From: Vicugna vicugna
Lineage: Eukaryota
NCBI GenBank assembly: GCA_013265495.1
Contig: MU057947.1
Coordinates: forward strand, 72,048-136,047
Direction: 5' to 3'
Length of the DNA stretch: 64,000 nucleotides
Shown: in pieces, positions 1 through 11,130 of the stretch
Position numbering within the stretch: position 1 is the first letter of the stretch
How the letters are laid out: each line of letters opens with the position of its first letter
Notes under the pieces: model-generated
What the model was told of the DNA's origin: nothing
Seen by the model: the letters and a program-made list of their open reading frames with translations, nothing else
Databases searched by the model: none
Translations under genes and position numbers: made by a program

Positions 1-129
1 AATCAGCGCTATCGGGGTATTAGCACGTGCTCTGATACAAGGACTTACTCATACTTACACGTAAGTATTTGCACATGTGTGTGATACGTATGTGACAAGT
101 GTCCTTTTTCAGTTGACGTTGCTCTATTT

Positions 130-500
130 GGCCACATTTCAAGGCCTTTTTCTTGAAGATGAGCCTGTGGATTCCAGGCACCCTTCCCCTTTTATGTGAA
201 CCGCACCCCGACGCCCTGCCCGCGGTCCCCCGTGCGCGCTCTCCCTTCTGTGCGAAGGCGCCTGGGCGGGCCTCCCCCGGGGCCAGCAGCCGCGTTTCTG
301 CAGAGCCCCCGGCCTCTCGAGCCGTCTCTCTAGACCAGCGCCGCTCCTCCCTCCAGGGTCCCCTCTCACCATCACCGGCTGCCTCGCTCAGGCTGGAAAC
401 GCCTCCTGTTTGTCCGTCTCCTCGGCCCTTTCGCGCCGTGTCTCTGGCCCCATAGAAGCCACGTTTCTCAGAAGGCTCCTCTGTGGTCCGCACTTACCCA
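130..500. promoter_or_regulatory. Small CpG-rich/GC-rich patch (CpG-island-like)
   Basis: Many CG dinucleotides (cccgcggtcccccgtgcgcgct, gccgcgtttc, ttcgcgccg) against AT-richer flanks. Function is inferred only. Confidence 0.35.
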
Positions 501-1328
501 CCGACCACTCACTCTCCGACTTGCACTTGCTACAGGAACATACTTTCCAATCAAATATAGCTAAGTAACGCTTGATTTTCACCTAGATTTTTTTACCAAA
601 AATATGGAGGTCCAGGGCATGCTTGAAATAAAACTGAATTTGAAGACAAGGCTTATTTTTATTTCTTAGAAGCAAAAGAAAACTAAGCAGGCCAGAGTCT
701 TATCCGCAGTCTCTATTTAGGCTAAGAAGTGCAAACTGCTTAAAAAAGTGTATGGTGTCACTGAAGATTCTGTGTAGCCCCCTAAACCACCTCCTTGGTA
801 AAAAGAGTTGCATCAGGGGTCCCCGAAAGCACAGAGACCCCACATCTCAGGGAAGGGTGAAGGCGAGTGCAGCCCCTGGGTCTTGGAGAGGCTGCCCAGA
901 GGTGTGGCATCAGATGCGAAGGCTGAGCGCTTGCCTGTGGTCAAGCGGCATCTTGTAATTCCATTAGGGCGTTAGCTTTAAATGCAGAATTAGCTGTTGC
1001 CTACGCAGAATTATGTTAAACACGGGCCAGACTGAAAATCAATATTCTGCTTAAGTAACTGGCCCTCCGGTAATTTAATGAAGCTAAATTGCATTACACC
1101 AAGCCGAGGTGGAGGGGCCCCTTCTGCCTCAACCTTTCCATCCTCCCGGCACTGGGCAGCCATGTCCCCAAAAATAAATTAAACACGTACTGATTTTTTT
1201 TCCTGAAGTTGGAACTGTGATTTTAATACTGGATTACCTATTTGTTTCTTTCATTTAAAACTGGAGTAAATAATTTGCAGCCCCATAATTAGGGAAGAAC
1301 TAGAGAGACTCATAACAAGAAAGAGATA

Positions 1329-1417
1329 GGGGAGGATATAGCTCAAGTGACTGAGCGCATGCCTAGCATGCACGAGGTCCTGGGTTCAATCCCCAGTGCC
1401 TCCATTAGGAAAAAAAT
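1329..1417 (+). mobile_element. tRNA-Ala-derived SINE (camelid Vic-1-like) with A-rich tail and target-site duplication
   Basis: GGGGAGGATATAGCTCAAGTGACTGAGCGCATGCCTAGCATGCACGAGGTCCTGGGTTCAATCCCCAGTGCCTCCA: A-box (TAGCTCAAGTG), B-box (GGTTCAATCC), then an A-rich tail. Direct repeat AAGAAAGAGA at 1317-1326 and 1418-1427. Confidence 0.88.
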
Positions 1418-1787
1418 AAGAAAGAGAGCATTCTGGTGGATTAGTGGAAAATGTGCTTTTCTTAAATCCACAAGGAAAATTTCCATCAGTGGGGCGGGGT
1501 TGGGGAGGGTGGCAGCCAGTGGGAGAAGGGCAAAGTCACTAGTTCTAACATATATATTAAAATTAAATTCTAAAAGCTTTAAATTGACATCGTAATTTAC
1601 CAGTTTCAGAATTTGAATAAAGACCGTGAAGCAAATGGGAAGATAATGTTTTTAAAACGTTGTATGTAATCTTGTGTAAAATAAGGCTATTGAAAGCGTG
1701 TCTTTGGCATGGTGGTCACTCGTGTGTTTTATAGCATGCTTTGTAGCTGCTTTTCGTCTTGCTTTTGGTCTTGGTTTATGTGTGAGG

Positions 1788-1831
1788 GTGTGTGTGTGTG
1801 TGTGTGTGTGCGTGCGCACATGCATGCATGC
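1788..1831. repeat. (GT)n microsatellite extended by alternating purine-pyrimidine sequence
   Basis: Run of (gt) repeats followed by cgtgcgcacatgcatgcatgc, seen directly. Confidence 0.95.
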
Positions 1832-3669
1832 CGTGTAACAACTAAATCTGCTAAACCCAGAGCCCTTCAACGTAACACCTGGGATGGGCATCTTTTCATT
1901 TAAGATCCCACTCCAAGAACTTCAGGCTCTCCACGCGGTCGGCATGTACTCATTATGACACTCCAACAACAGAAGTTTATGCTAAAAATGATTGACAATA
2001 GAAAGGAGGTGCCTTTACACCATTTCGAAGTTATTGGCAACTCATTTATTTTTTATTCAGCTGCAAACTTCATCCGTACGAAACACTTCACAGACTTATG
2101 TCCAAAACCCCAAATTAAAATGACAATAATTGCATGTTGCTTAGGATGGAATACTAGGAAACACAGAAATCTTTCCTTTATAGATGCCAATTTGGAACTT
2201 CTAGGGCCCAAGAAGACTTATTAACCATGTGGGTCACTATCTTTGAGTTTGAAATGTATACGCACTAAGTTAATTAGTATGTATCGCTTGCTTTCCTGAC
2301 TCCCATCTTTCTTAATCTTTCAGACTGGAAATAATAGAGGGATAGAGGATACCCACAAAGAGAGTCAAAATGAAAATCACTCTTGAAACACAGCATAATC
2401 TTGAGTTTCAAACCTTTAAATGCCGGCTTCATTCAGTTTTCCATCAGCAACTAAAGTCACGTCAAAGACAGCCGGACTGTCCCCCGAAACTCTGTGACAG
2501 CTGCAGGAGAAAGGTTACGCATGGCCTCAATTCAAACGTGATTGCGTTTTAATATCTTACTTAGTCATCTTGGTCCTAGAAAAGTAGTGAATCTGGACAA
2601 TGAATGGTAACCTAGGTATTTCTCACTAGCGCGCTGAGAACTGCCCATGTTTCCTGCAGAGACCAGGAAGGTCTGGGCAGAAGAGGAACTTTTTTCAAAC
2701 TACCGAGTCTATTTTGCAAATACATCATATATCGTTGGATGATAATACAAGCACCCATTATACTTATTGTCAAGATAAGATTTTCAGAATTGCCACTTTA
2801 TAAAACTTCCTAGAAACTCTATAAGCTCTGTCAGCCCCATGACAGACTAAGACTCTAACTGGCACCATTACAAGCACCCCTCTCACCTTTAGTTTTACGC
2901 AGCCTCAGGCGGCTGTTCTTGAATTCTTTGAGTGACGGTCTTCACAGCTTTAAGTCTCACTCCTATGTTCCTACGTTACACCCTTTTTAAGCAACAGAAC
3001 ACATGGTTTTTATACTCGAAATAGTAACTGAAGTTAAGAATAATCATCTCAGGGAGGTTTGGCAGTGAAGTAGTTAAAATGTTCACATAGAAATGGCAAT
3101 AATTAGGTTATCCTACTGTGGGGAAATGGGAATATTTGTTTGGTAAGACTGGGTGCTATTGCTCCTCTTTATTCCGCCTGTGAGATCATCAGGGCGGTGG
3201 TGCATTCTTAATGCTTTTTTCAAAAGCAGAAGAGATGGAAGCAATTTAGTGGAAACAAAAAGCAGGAAGAAACGGAGACATTTTTTGCTTGATTCTTTGC
3301 TTCCGTGGATTTTTCAAGTAGAAACTTTTCAACAATACCAGTTGACCATTAGAATAATATTCCAAGTGATAGATTATGAAACATAAGCATGTCTACCGAA
3401 TCCTGGAATTTCCAACAGAGATATTTCTCCAAAACAAAGCAGACGATGAAGAAGCAATGATTCACACTCGTAGAGAAGGAAAAATGTCCTACACCACACT
3501 AACAAAAAGATTTCAAATTAAACAATGAATATTATTTGCTTTACCCGCTCTTTTTGATAGACAAGGGGAAAAAAAAATAAAGGAAATGTTCCACAAGAAA
3601 CCAGAGTCTCCCAGGCTGTTGACAAGAGTTAATCAGGAAAATTCTTCCAGAAGCAATGTTACTAAATCC

Positions 3670-3880
3670 TCTTATGCAGAAATTCTATTGAAATCTACCC
3701 CAAAGAAACAGTCATATACATGGGGCAAGCTTTATACACAAAGATGCTCAACGTAGGGTAACGTCTAATCACAAAAAGCCCCGAATATTCGATAAAAAAA
3801 GAAGCAGTTCAGTGAATTATGTTAAATCCATTTGCATTTGGTCTTTTAAAGGATGTTCACAACGATTTTTTATGCAAAAT
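3670..3880 (+). mobile_element. Ancient L1 (L1ME-like) fragment, end of ORF2/3' region
   Basis: gaaatctaccccaaagaaac...tttatacacaaagatgctcaacgtag...cagtgaattatg resembles the conserved L1 3' block (ggaatttatcctaaggaaa...tgtacaaggatgttcatcgcagc...aaattatgg). Confidence 0.6.
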
Positions 3881-6800
3881 AGGGAAGAGTGAGCCTTGAT
3901 CGCAGTTGTCACTTTATTCCAAGGATTAGGGGGCTCAGGAACACCTGCTCCTCCCACGGGGAAAGGAGCAGTCCCCCCAGGCTGCTCTGGGTCCTCCCAC
4001 ATTGGCCATGACCTTGAATACGGAGCAGGAGACCCTGAAGGCCCCAGGTTCAGCCTCCCCAAATACTACCGCCTCGCAACACGCAAGGTGTTCCATTCTT
4101 GTGAAAGAGGCTCATACCTGTAACACCGAGGGACATCTTCACCCCGAACTTCTGCCTCCATCTGGACTTGAAAATTATAGACTATGAGCATCTGCAGTTT
4201 TTTCCAGCAAAAATGAATTCAACCCTTGGTAAGCAATCACCGGGTGAATGAGGTCTCCAGGGGACAGACCAGGGGACAGACCAGGGGAGGAATACCATCC
4301 CCACCCCCACCCCCTCCCAGACCCCCCCACCCCTCCGCCCCGCAGTGGAGGACGAGCTCAGGTGAGGCTGGGCAGGTGCGTGGGCCGCAGGGGTGCCTCC
4401 CCCTGTTGTGTGGCAGGAAAAGCACTCATTTTGGAGGCAGAAGACGTGACTTTGAGCAATGTTTCTGCCACTTATGAATTCTGTGTCCACGGAAAAGTCA
4501 CCAAGATCTTCAACTTTCTTAGGAAAGAATTTTAAAAATGCCGTCCTCAGGAAGCTTTTGGGAGAAGAGGCACCTCTTTGTGGGAGAAAGAGAGGAGGGC
4601 CCAGGCGGAGGCCGAGGCGGGCACCCACGTGAGCGCCCTCAGCCCTGGTCTTTGTCGAGGGTGAAGCTTCAGGGGAAACCGCTGCGTTCTGACACACAGA
4701 GCCCTGGGCTGTTTTACAGTTTATGTCACTGAGTTCACATACTATCACATTTCACGTTCTATCAAATTTCATAGAGTTCTCCAAAAATGTTTTTGGACAT
4801 CTGGATGTTATGTGGTAAATGTGTGAGTGGTGGGGTCAGGGACATGTTATAACCTGGGGGAGGCCAGGGGTCATTCTCTGCCCCACCCCTCACTCCTCTA
4901 GGTGCTGGGGGCGACGGTGCAGGGAATTCCTGCCCAGAAACTGAAAAGTATACAGCGCTACGCGAAGGCGTGAGTGTGGAGATTCCACCCCCGGGCACTT
5001 TAACTCCGTGCATAACAAAGACACTGCCTTGCCGGTCTCAGAGTAACGGGCACGCATAATACACACAACACCGTATGTTCTATGGACGTGTGTTAACGTG
5101 CATATTAACATATGGGTATATGTACTTCGTTGTCCACTTGATAAGAGGATAACTGATCATTTCCCAGGATTTTTTTAAACTAATACTCTATTTTTATTTA
5201 ACTCTGTTATAAAGAAAGGCGTTTCTCATGAAGATCTTGCAGGATCAGGGAGTTTATCTCATTCCTTTTCCTCATGGCCACATTTACAGGACCAGTGGGT
5301 GCTGGGAGCTCCACCCCCGGGCTGGCGGGCTCTGTCCCCTTCTGCAAGCCCCCTTCCTTCCTGTTCGATTTCTCACTGAGGGTGGCTGTCAGGGCTGAGA
5401 GCCGGGCTGCGGCTGAGCCAGCCCAGCTGGACGAATTAACGTCTCTCCAGTAACTCAAACCAGCGATGACTTCATCTCGAAAATTTCCAAGTAGCACAGG
5501 TCAGAGCATGAGTGTGGACAAAAAGTAATGGGGTTCCCAGAGAACGTAAATGGTGGCTGGTGAAGTGGAAGCCAAAAACTATACCTCAGATGAGAACTGG
5601 AGGGCACAGATGAAAAAATAAGATTTCTAGCAGATCTTCCCGGAAGACGTGTGCTTCCAGGGCAATGACATCTTTGTTGCAGCTCATCTAAGCACATCAA
5701 CAAATGAACAAAATTATACTGGCTTGTGCCTACGCTGTAAATTATATTAATAGATGCTTCTCAGAAACAGAAAGAAACAAAACAAATATAAAAAATATGA
5801 CCTAAATTTAAATATATATATATATGCATGATTTTTCCTTACAGGAACTAAATCAAGGGCATTTTAAATATATGCACATGCTTCCTTCCTATTTATAATA
5901 AAGTCTGCTTCCTAAATAGGGAGGTAACTAATAACCCTAGCCTGTTATTAACAACAGAATAGGTGGATTTTCCTAATTTCAGTTCGTTTCTGCTGGTATA
6001 GCCTTTACACTGGTGCGTGGAAAGACACTGACACGTAAAATGAAAGGAGAATTTTAAGACACATATGAAAGGCGCTGTCCTGAAGCCATTAAATTGTGTG
6101 CACAATATTTTATTCAAGGTGATTGAGGGGGGCAGGCTGTGGAGCTCCCTGCAGACAGGTAGAGAAGGACAGACGGCCAAGGGCCCCCCGGGGAGTGCAG
6201 GTCCAGGGCAGTCTGGGGTCTCTTGTTTTGTTTTGTTTTTTGTTTTGTCTTATCTGAGAGAGCAGAGGACTCACAATTTCCTGATGAGAACTGACGATCA
6301 TTAGCATTCCCTTCCCATGCAGTTCGTAGTTCAGACATTAGCCTCCTCACGCATCAGCAATCAAGCAAAATCTATGGCAAGACCCGGAGAATCCAAGAAG
6401 CCAGTGCACTTAATGGTGGCGGTGGTTATTATCGTGTGTTTTTTCAGATGGCAGAATTACTGCTGCCACTACTGCGGGACTTTGGACCCAGCAGGCACCT
6501 GCGAGGACATCCTGGTCTTTGTGCCTCATTCCCTCCCACGTGCATCTCCACTGTGTCCAGCAGCGAGCTGGCCTCGCTCAGCACCTACAGCACTGGCTTT
6601 TTGTAGACTGTTCTGCCATCCAGGTTTTCTCCTCGCTTTGCCCTCTGTTGTGTCGACAAGGAAACGGGTCTCCTTAGATCCTTTCCTCTCGTTCTCCTGC
6701 TTGTCAGAGATGACAGGGGCCTTCCAGAGAGAAAGAGCAGACTCCGTCCTTCATTTCAGGTTTTCTATAACAAAAGACATCATTAAGCCTTTAAGTTATG

Positions 6801-8739
6801 TCATTGCGAAACAAATAGGAAATTTGGGAAATGTTGGTTTGGGTTTTCCATTTGTAAATTCTTTCAGATAGGTTGTCTATTCTTGGTTTGGGCCCCTATG
6901 GACAATGAAAAGGAGAATAGATCCAATTTTACTTACTTCTTTTTTAATGTAAAATATAAACATTTACATACATTGAAAAATAAATGAGGTTTTATTTTGA
7001 GAAAATGGACTTTGTCCTGAATCAGTTCCACAGAGAAATCAGGAGTGCTGTGGCCTTTAGTCCATTATGGAGCTGAAGGCTGGCTACACCGTGGACTTAT
7101 TCTAAAGGAAAGAAACTCAACTACTACTGTTTATGTCAATAAAAAATGCACTTTTCTAGGCATGATTTGGAAAGAACTTTCCGCAGCTTCCCAGAGCACA
7201 AATGGGCAAGCAAGTTCCCACTAAATGTGAGCCTCCTAGAAGGATGCTCCCGAGAACGGCAAGGCCATGTCCACGGGACACTTTCCGGGCTGCGGGACCA
7301 CCTGCATCCAGCCCTGCAGAGCCAGAGGATGCTGAAGCACCAGCCCCTCGAGAAGCTTTACAGAGCCAGGCAGGTCCTGGAGGAAGGGGAGGGGGCATCT
7401 CGGCCCTGCCCAGACCGCCCACCCTTGTGAGATGAAGAAGTGCATGCTGGGGCCACGGTGGGGCCGGGGGCTGCTCTGGGCGCCACTTTTCTCCTAAGCA
7501 GCTGTAGGAAGCAGATCAGACCCAGCAGAACATCCTCTCTTGGAAAGCGCCCCCACCAGGAGCCCCTGGGGGCCCAGAACTGCCAGCCGGCACCTCGGGA
7601 GAAGTTCCGGCCGCATCCAGAGCCCAGCAGGTCCGACCCACCGGACAGCCCCACCGTCGCTGCCAAGCTGGCCGGCCTGGGGGCTGGCGGAAGGGCGGTA
7701 AAAAACTAGAACCAACATCTGGTACATTTTCAGAACACACAACTTTATCCTATTTTTAATCAAAACCACATTAAAAAAATATTTGCTCTGGGACAACTCC
7801 CCTCCCAGGCCCAGGTCCAGCTACCAGGCTTGTGCTGAGCCCTGGCCCCAGGGGCTGTCTCCCCGTCCCCTCCCAGAGCTGTGCTCGCTCCCCTGCCGCC
7901 CCGGCTGCCACCGACGGCACTGCCGAGACCCCCAGCCCCTTTCACCCCATCTCTCTTCAAGCCCTACTTCCTGCCGGGCCGCCGGGGCAACAGGGAGCCA
8001 AGGCCCTGGCTGGGACGCCCCGCAGGCCCGGTGTGTGCAGCGGCCCAGCGCCGAGGACTCGCTGGGGCCTCCCTCCTGAGACCCCGGGGGCGGGGGCGGG
8101 GGGGGGGGCAGCACAGCCCCCAGGCTCAGGCTTCCCGGAAGGCCCCCAGAGGGATCCACCCAGCCTGGTAACGCCGGGCCGGGCAGGCCTCGCCGCCAGC
8201 AGGCTCCACACAAGGCTGGAGCGGGTAGGCTGGAAAGTGGCTCTCCGGGGAGTGGCGAGGGAAGAAACTAGAAACAACCACTTAACATCTATTTAGAGCC
8301 TGGGAGCATTTGTGGAAGCCATCCCCATTACTGTTGAAAAGATGCAAATTTGGTGAAGTAATCAGCTGTATGGCTCCAGGCTGTTTCCCGAGCACCCTGA
8401 TTCGGAACAGGAGTGAAGGGACTCGTGTAAGACACCAGCAAGGCCAAGTTCACGTTGCTCAGAGGTAGCCCCTAACCAAACTCCGCCAAGTGCTGCAAAA
8501 GAAGGTTTGTTATCTCAGGAAGACAGTTCATCCAATGCAGCCAAAAAAAAAAAAAAAAACAGAAAGAAGCAGTCCTTAAGGCTGGTTCCGGGGCAGTGAG
8601 GGAGAGCCCACCACGCGGAGCCCGAAGGAGGCGATGGTTTCTGCTACTTCTACCCCGCTGCCTTGGCGAAGGGGCTACTTCACTGCAGCGTGAAAGGCAG
8701 CCAAGGCGAAGATATTTTTCCAGCACTGTTTTAAGTTCC

Positions 8740-9170
8740 ACATCAAATACTCTTTCAGACAGTCAAGAATACACTTATCTGCAAATGAAGGGCATAAGCT
8801 ATGCTATTGATTTTTGCATAGGGGCTGCTCTTTATGGAAAGCATCCGAGCAACTCCGGTGGATTCTGTGAAATCTCACCTTCCAGTAGAAGAAGCCCGGC
8901 AAATGACCTCATGCAAAGAGATAATCCAGCCTGGTTCCTCGGGCTTTTCTGACCTCCCTCCACCCCCCCCCCACCTTTCAGTTGGCAAAAATTAGGGGGC
9001 AAATTCAAACAGTTAAGCATGGCAATAGATTTAATGCAGAAAATGATTCTTCGTGCCTGCACCATAGCAGAGTCTTTTAAGTGAGGCGGTTACAATGGAC
9101 CCCAAATGCCACAGCCTATAAACGAAATATTTCATCAATTTGCCGAGTATAAATTCTATCCTAAAACTCC
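8740..9170. promoter_or_regulatory. Candidate conserved non-coding element/enhancer
   Basis: Non-repetitive, non-coding block with octamer-like motifs (ctgcaaat, tttgcat, atgcaaag, ggcaaatt) and TAAT cores. Conservation not tested. Confidence 0.35.
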
Positions 9171-10899
9171 AGCCCCTAGGATCAGGACATAAAGTGGCCT
9201 TTCCGTCGAGTGCTTTGAGCAGTGTGATACAAGACGTCTATAAAATATTTTACTGTGTTTTCATGTATAGTGAATTTGAAATAAGTTTAATGGGAAAACA
9301 AAAACGTATAGAGATTACAAGCCGTTACCTGATGCCTTTTTTCAGACTCTGATCCTGCTGACTTCTTGTTACATTTTCCTTCTTTCTAAACAACTGCGGG
9401 AGGCACAGAGACGGGGGGAAGTTGGTTTTTAGGTGGCCACCATGTGAAATAGTTTATTCGGCTTATAACTTGGTAAGAAATTGAACTTGAAGTAGGCTCC
9501 ATGTGTGAGCGTGTGTGTGTGTGCGCGTATTTTGTAAGAAGGATCACGGAAAGCCGGGCAAAGCAAGAAAGCTGTTAGGATCCAGCTGTATTTATGCACT
9601 GTGTATTTAGTTTTCTTTCATTTTCCCCTCAGAGGATGGAGAAGGTGCTGTAATTTTCAAAAGACTGCAAAAAACATTTCTACAAATTGCTTGCTTGTCT
9701 GCCTATATACATTAAGCAGCACAAAATAAGCGAGGGGACCCTTCAACGCAAAACACCTTTTTTTCTCTTGCATTTTCTGTAACAACATAAAAGCTGCTGT
9801 TATGACAAGAAGCCTGGTAGTTCACCCTTTCATTTATAATTTAACCACAGTCTATATAACATAATCCAAAAAATATGGGGCATGATTGGTGTAAAAATCA
9901 AATACAGTGGAGGCTTTCTGAATACGCCGAGAACAAAACAAAACCAAAAAAGGAGAGAGGAAGAAAACATCGCAGGCGCCTGAATATATGCGGTATTTCT
10001 TTAATACTTCATTTTAAACTACCTAATTGTGTTTTTAAGCTTCGGTTCCTGTAATTTTGCAAGACGAGGCATTCCAGTGAGAAAACATATGGTGAGGGAT
10101 TTTTAAACCACATAGCGAGAGTGCATCATACACTTATCTGCTGTTTTAGTGTCACAAAAATCCACCGCTGAATTTATCCAGTCACCCATTAAAGAAAGAA
10201 AAGAATTAAAGGAAAAGGAGGTTTTAAATCCCCTAATGCTACAAGAAGGAGTGAAATATGGTATCAAGTTCAAGTCAGAGCGGTGGCAGAGCTTCGTGAC
10301 TTTACAAGACCAGCAAGTAGCGAAGCCACAGTTATCCCAGGGACACGGCAGGCAGCCAGCTTCTCCAGCGGCGCCCAGTTCCAAGTGAAGCGCCTCCAAC
10401 ACTTGGCTTTCCGGGGTGACCCTCCTCCAGGGTCGATTTCCAGTCTGCTCCTCGATAGGTGGGCAGGCAAAAAGATTAGAGAGCTCTTGAGAGGGAGAGG
10501 GAGGTGGATGGATGGATAAATAGATTGATGGACGTTTGCTTTTATTTTTAAAGTCCTTTTGTTCTTGTCACTTTAAAAATAGTTCCCTCTATGTTAAAGG
10601 AGGACTGTCTTACAACAGTGTTTTGTTTTGTTTTGTTTTTCTTCTAGAAAAGATACTGAATCAGCAACTTGTGTGGGTGCTGCTGTGGCAATAAGGCGAC
10701 GAGAGTGACAAACTTTAGCATTTGCAAGTAGGATCTAAAAAAGGATTTCAAATGCTTTACCCCAACGGTTACTTTACAAATACCTATTCAGTTCCACACA
10801 CCCCATGAGCGTGTTTGTGTGCATGCATGCGTGCGGGTGTGCACGGTGTGTGTTAAGATTCCTCTGGGTTCGCGTGTGTGCAGGGGAGTGGGGGTGGGG

Positions 10900-11130
10900 A
10901 CAGAGGCTTGGAGACAGGAAGCAATGCATATCATTATTCAAATTACAATCAGATTCACCCTTAAATTACACTGGTGTCTCTGATCAGAAATTGTTTCCTA
11001 TACTATAATATGCCGCAGTAAGTGGACATTAATTAATGCTAAATTACAATGGAATTACGTGCTACAGCCACATGCATACGGAATGACTCCATGATGAATA
11101 ACATTATTATAGTAAATATTAAAGGACCTG
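10900..11130. promoter_or_regulatory. Candidate homeodomain-site-rich enhancer
   Basis: Dense TAAT/ATTA cores: repeated aaattac, cattaattaatg palindrome, acaatgg SOX-type site. Confidence 0.4.

Noticed and set aside
388..582. Minus-strand exon with TGG|GTAAGT donor at ~497
   Set aside because: The putative acceptor lacks a polypyrimidine tract and the peptide is unrecognisable; unsupported.
1329..1404. Functional tRNA-Ala gene
   Set aside because: The A-rich tail, target-site duplication, altered 5' end and D-loop indicate a SINE, not a tRNA gene.
4257..4288. Short direct repeats (also ~30892, ~43812, ~46461) as CRISPR-like or regulatory arrays
   Set aside because: Only 2-3 adjacent copies of 10-13 bp with no spacers; ordinary slippage duplications in a eukaryotic genome.
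7146..8296. Many overlapping Pro/Gly/Arg-rich ORFs (also at 14.8, 18.1, 26.4, 50.1 and 60.8 kb)
   Set aside because: They are open in several frames on both strands, as expected from stop-codon scarcity in GC-rich DNA, and show no domain similarity.
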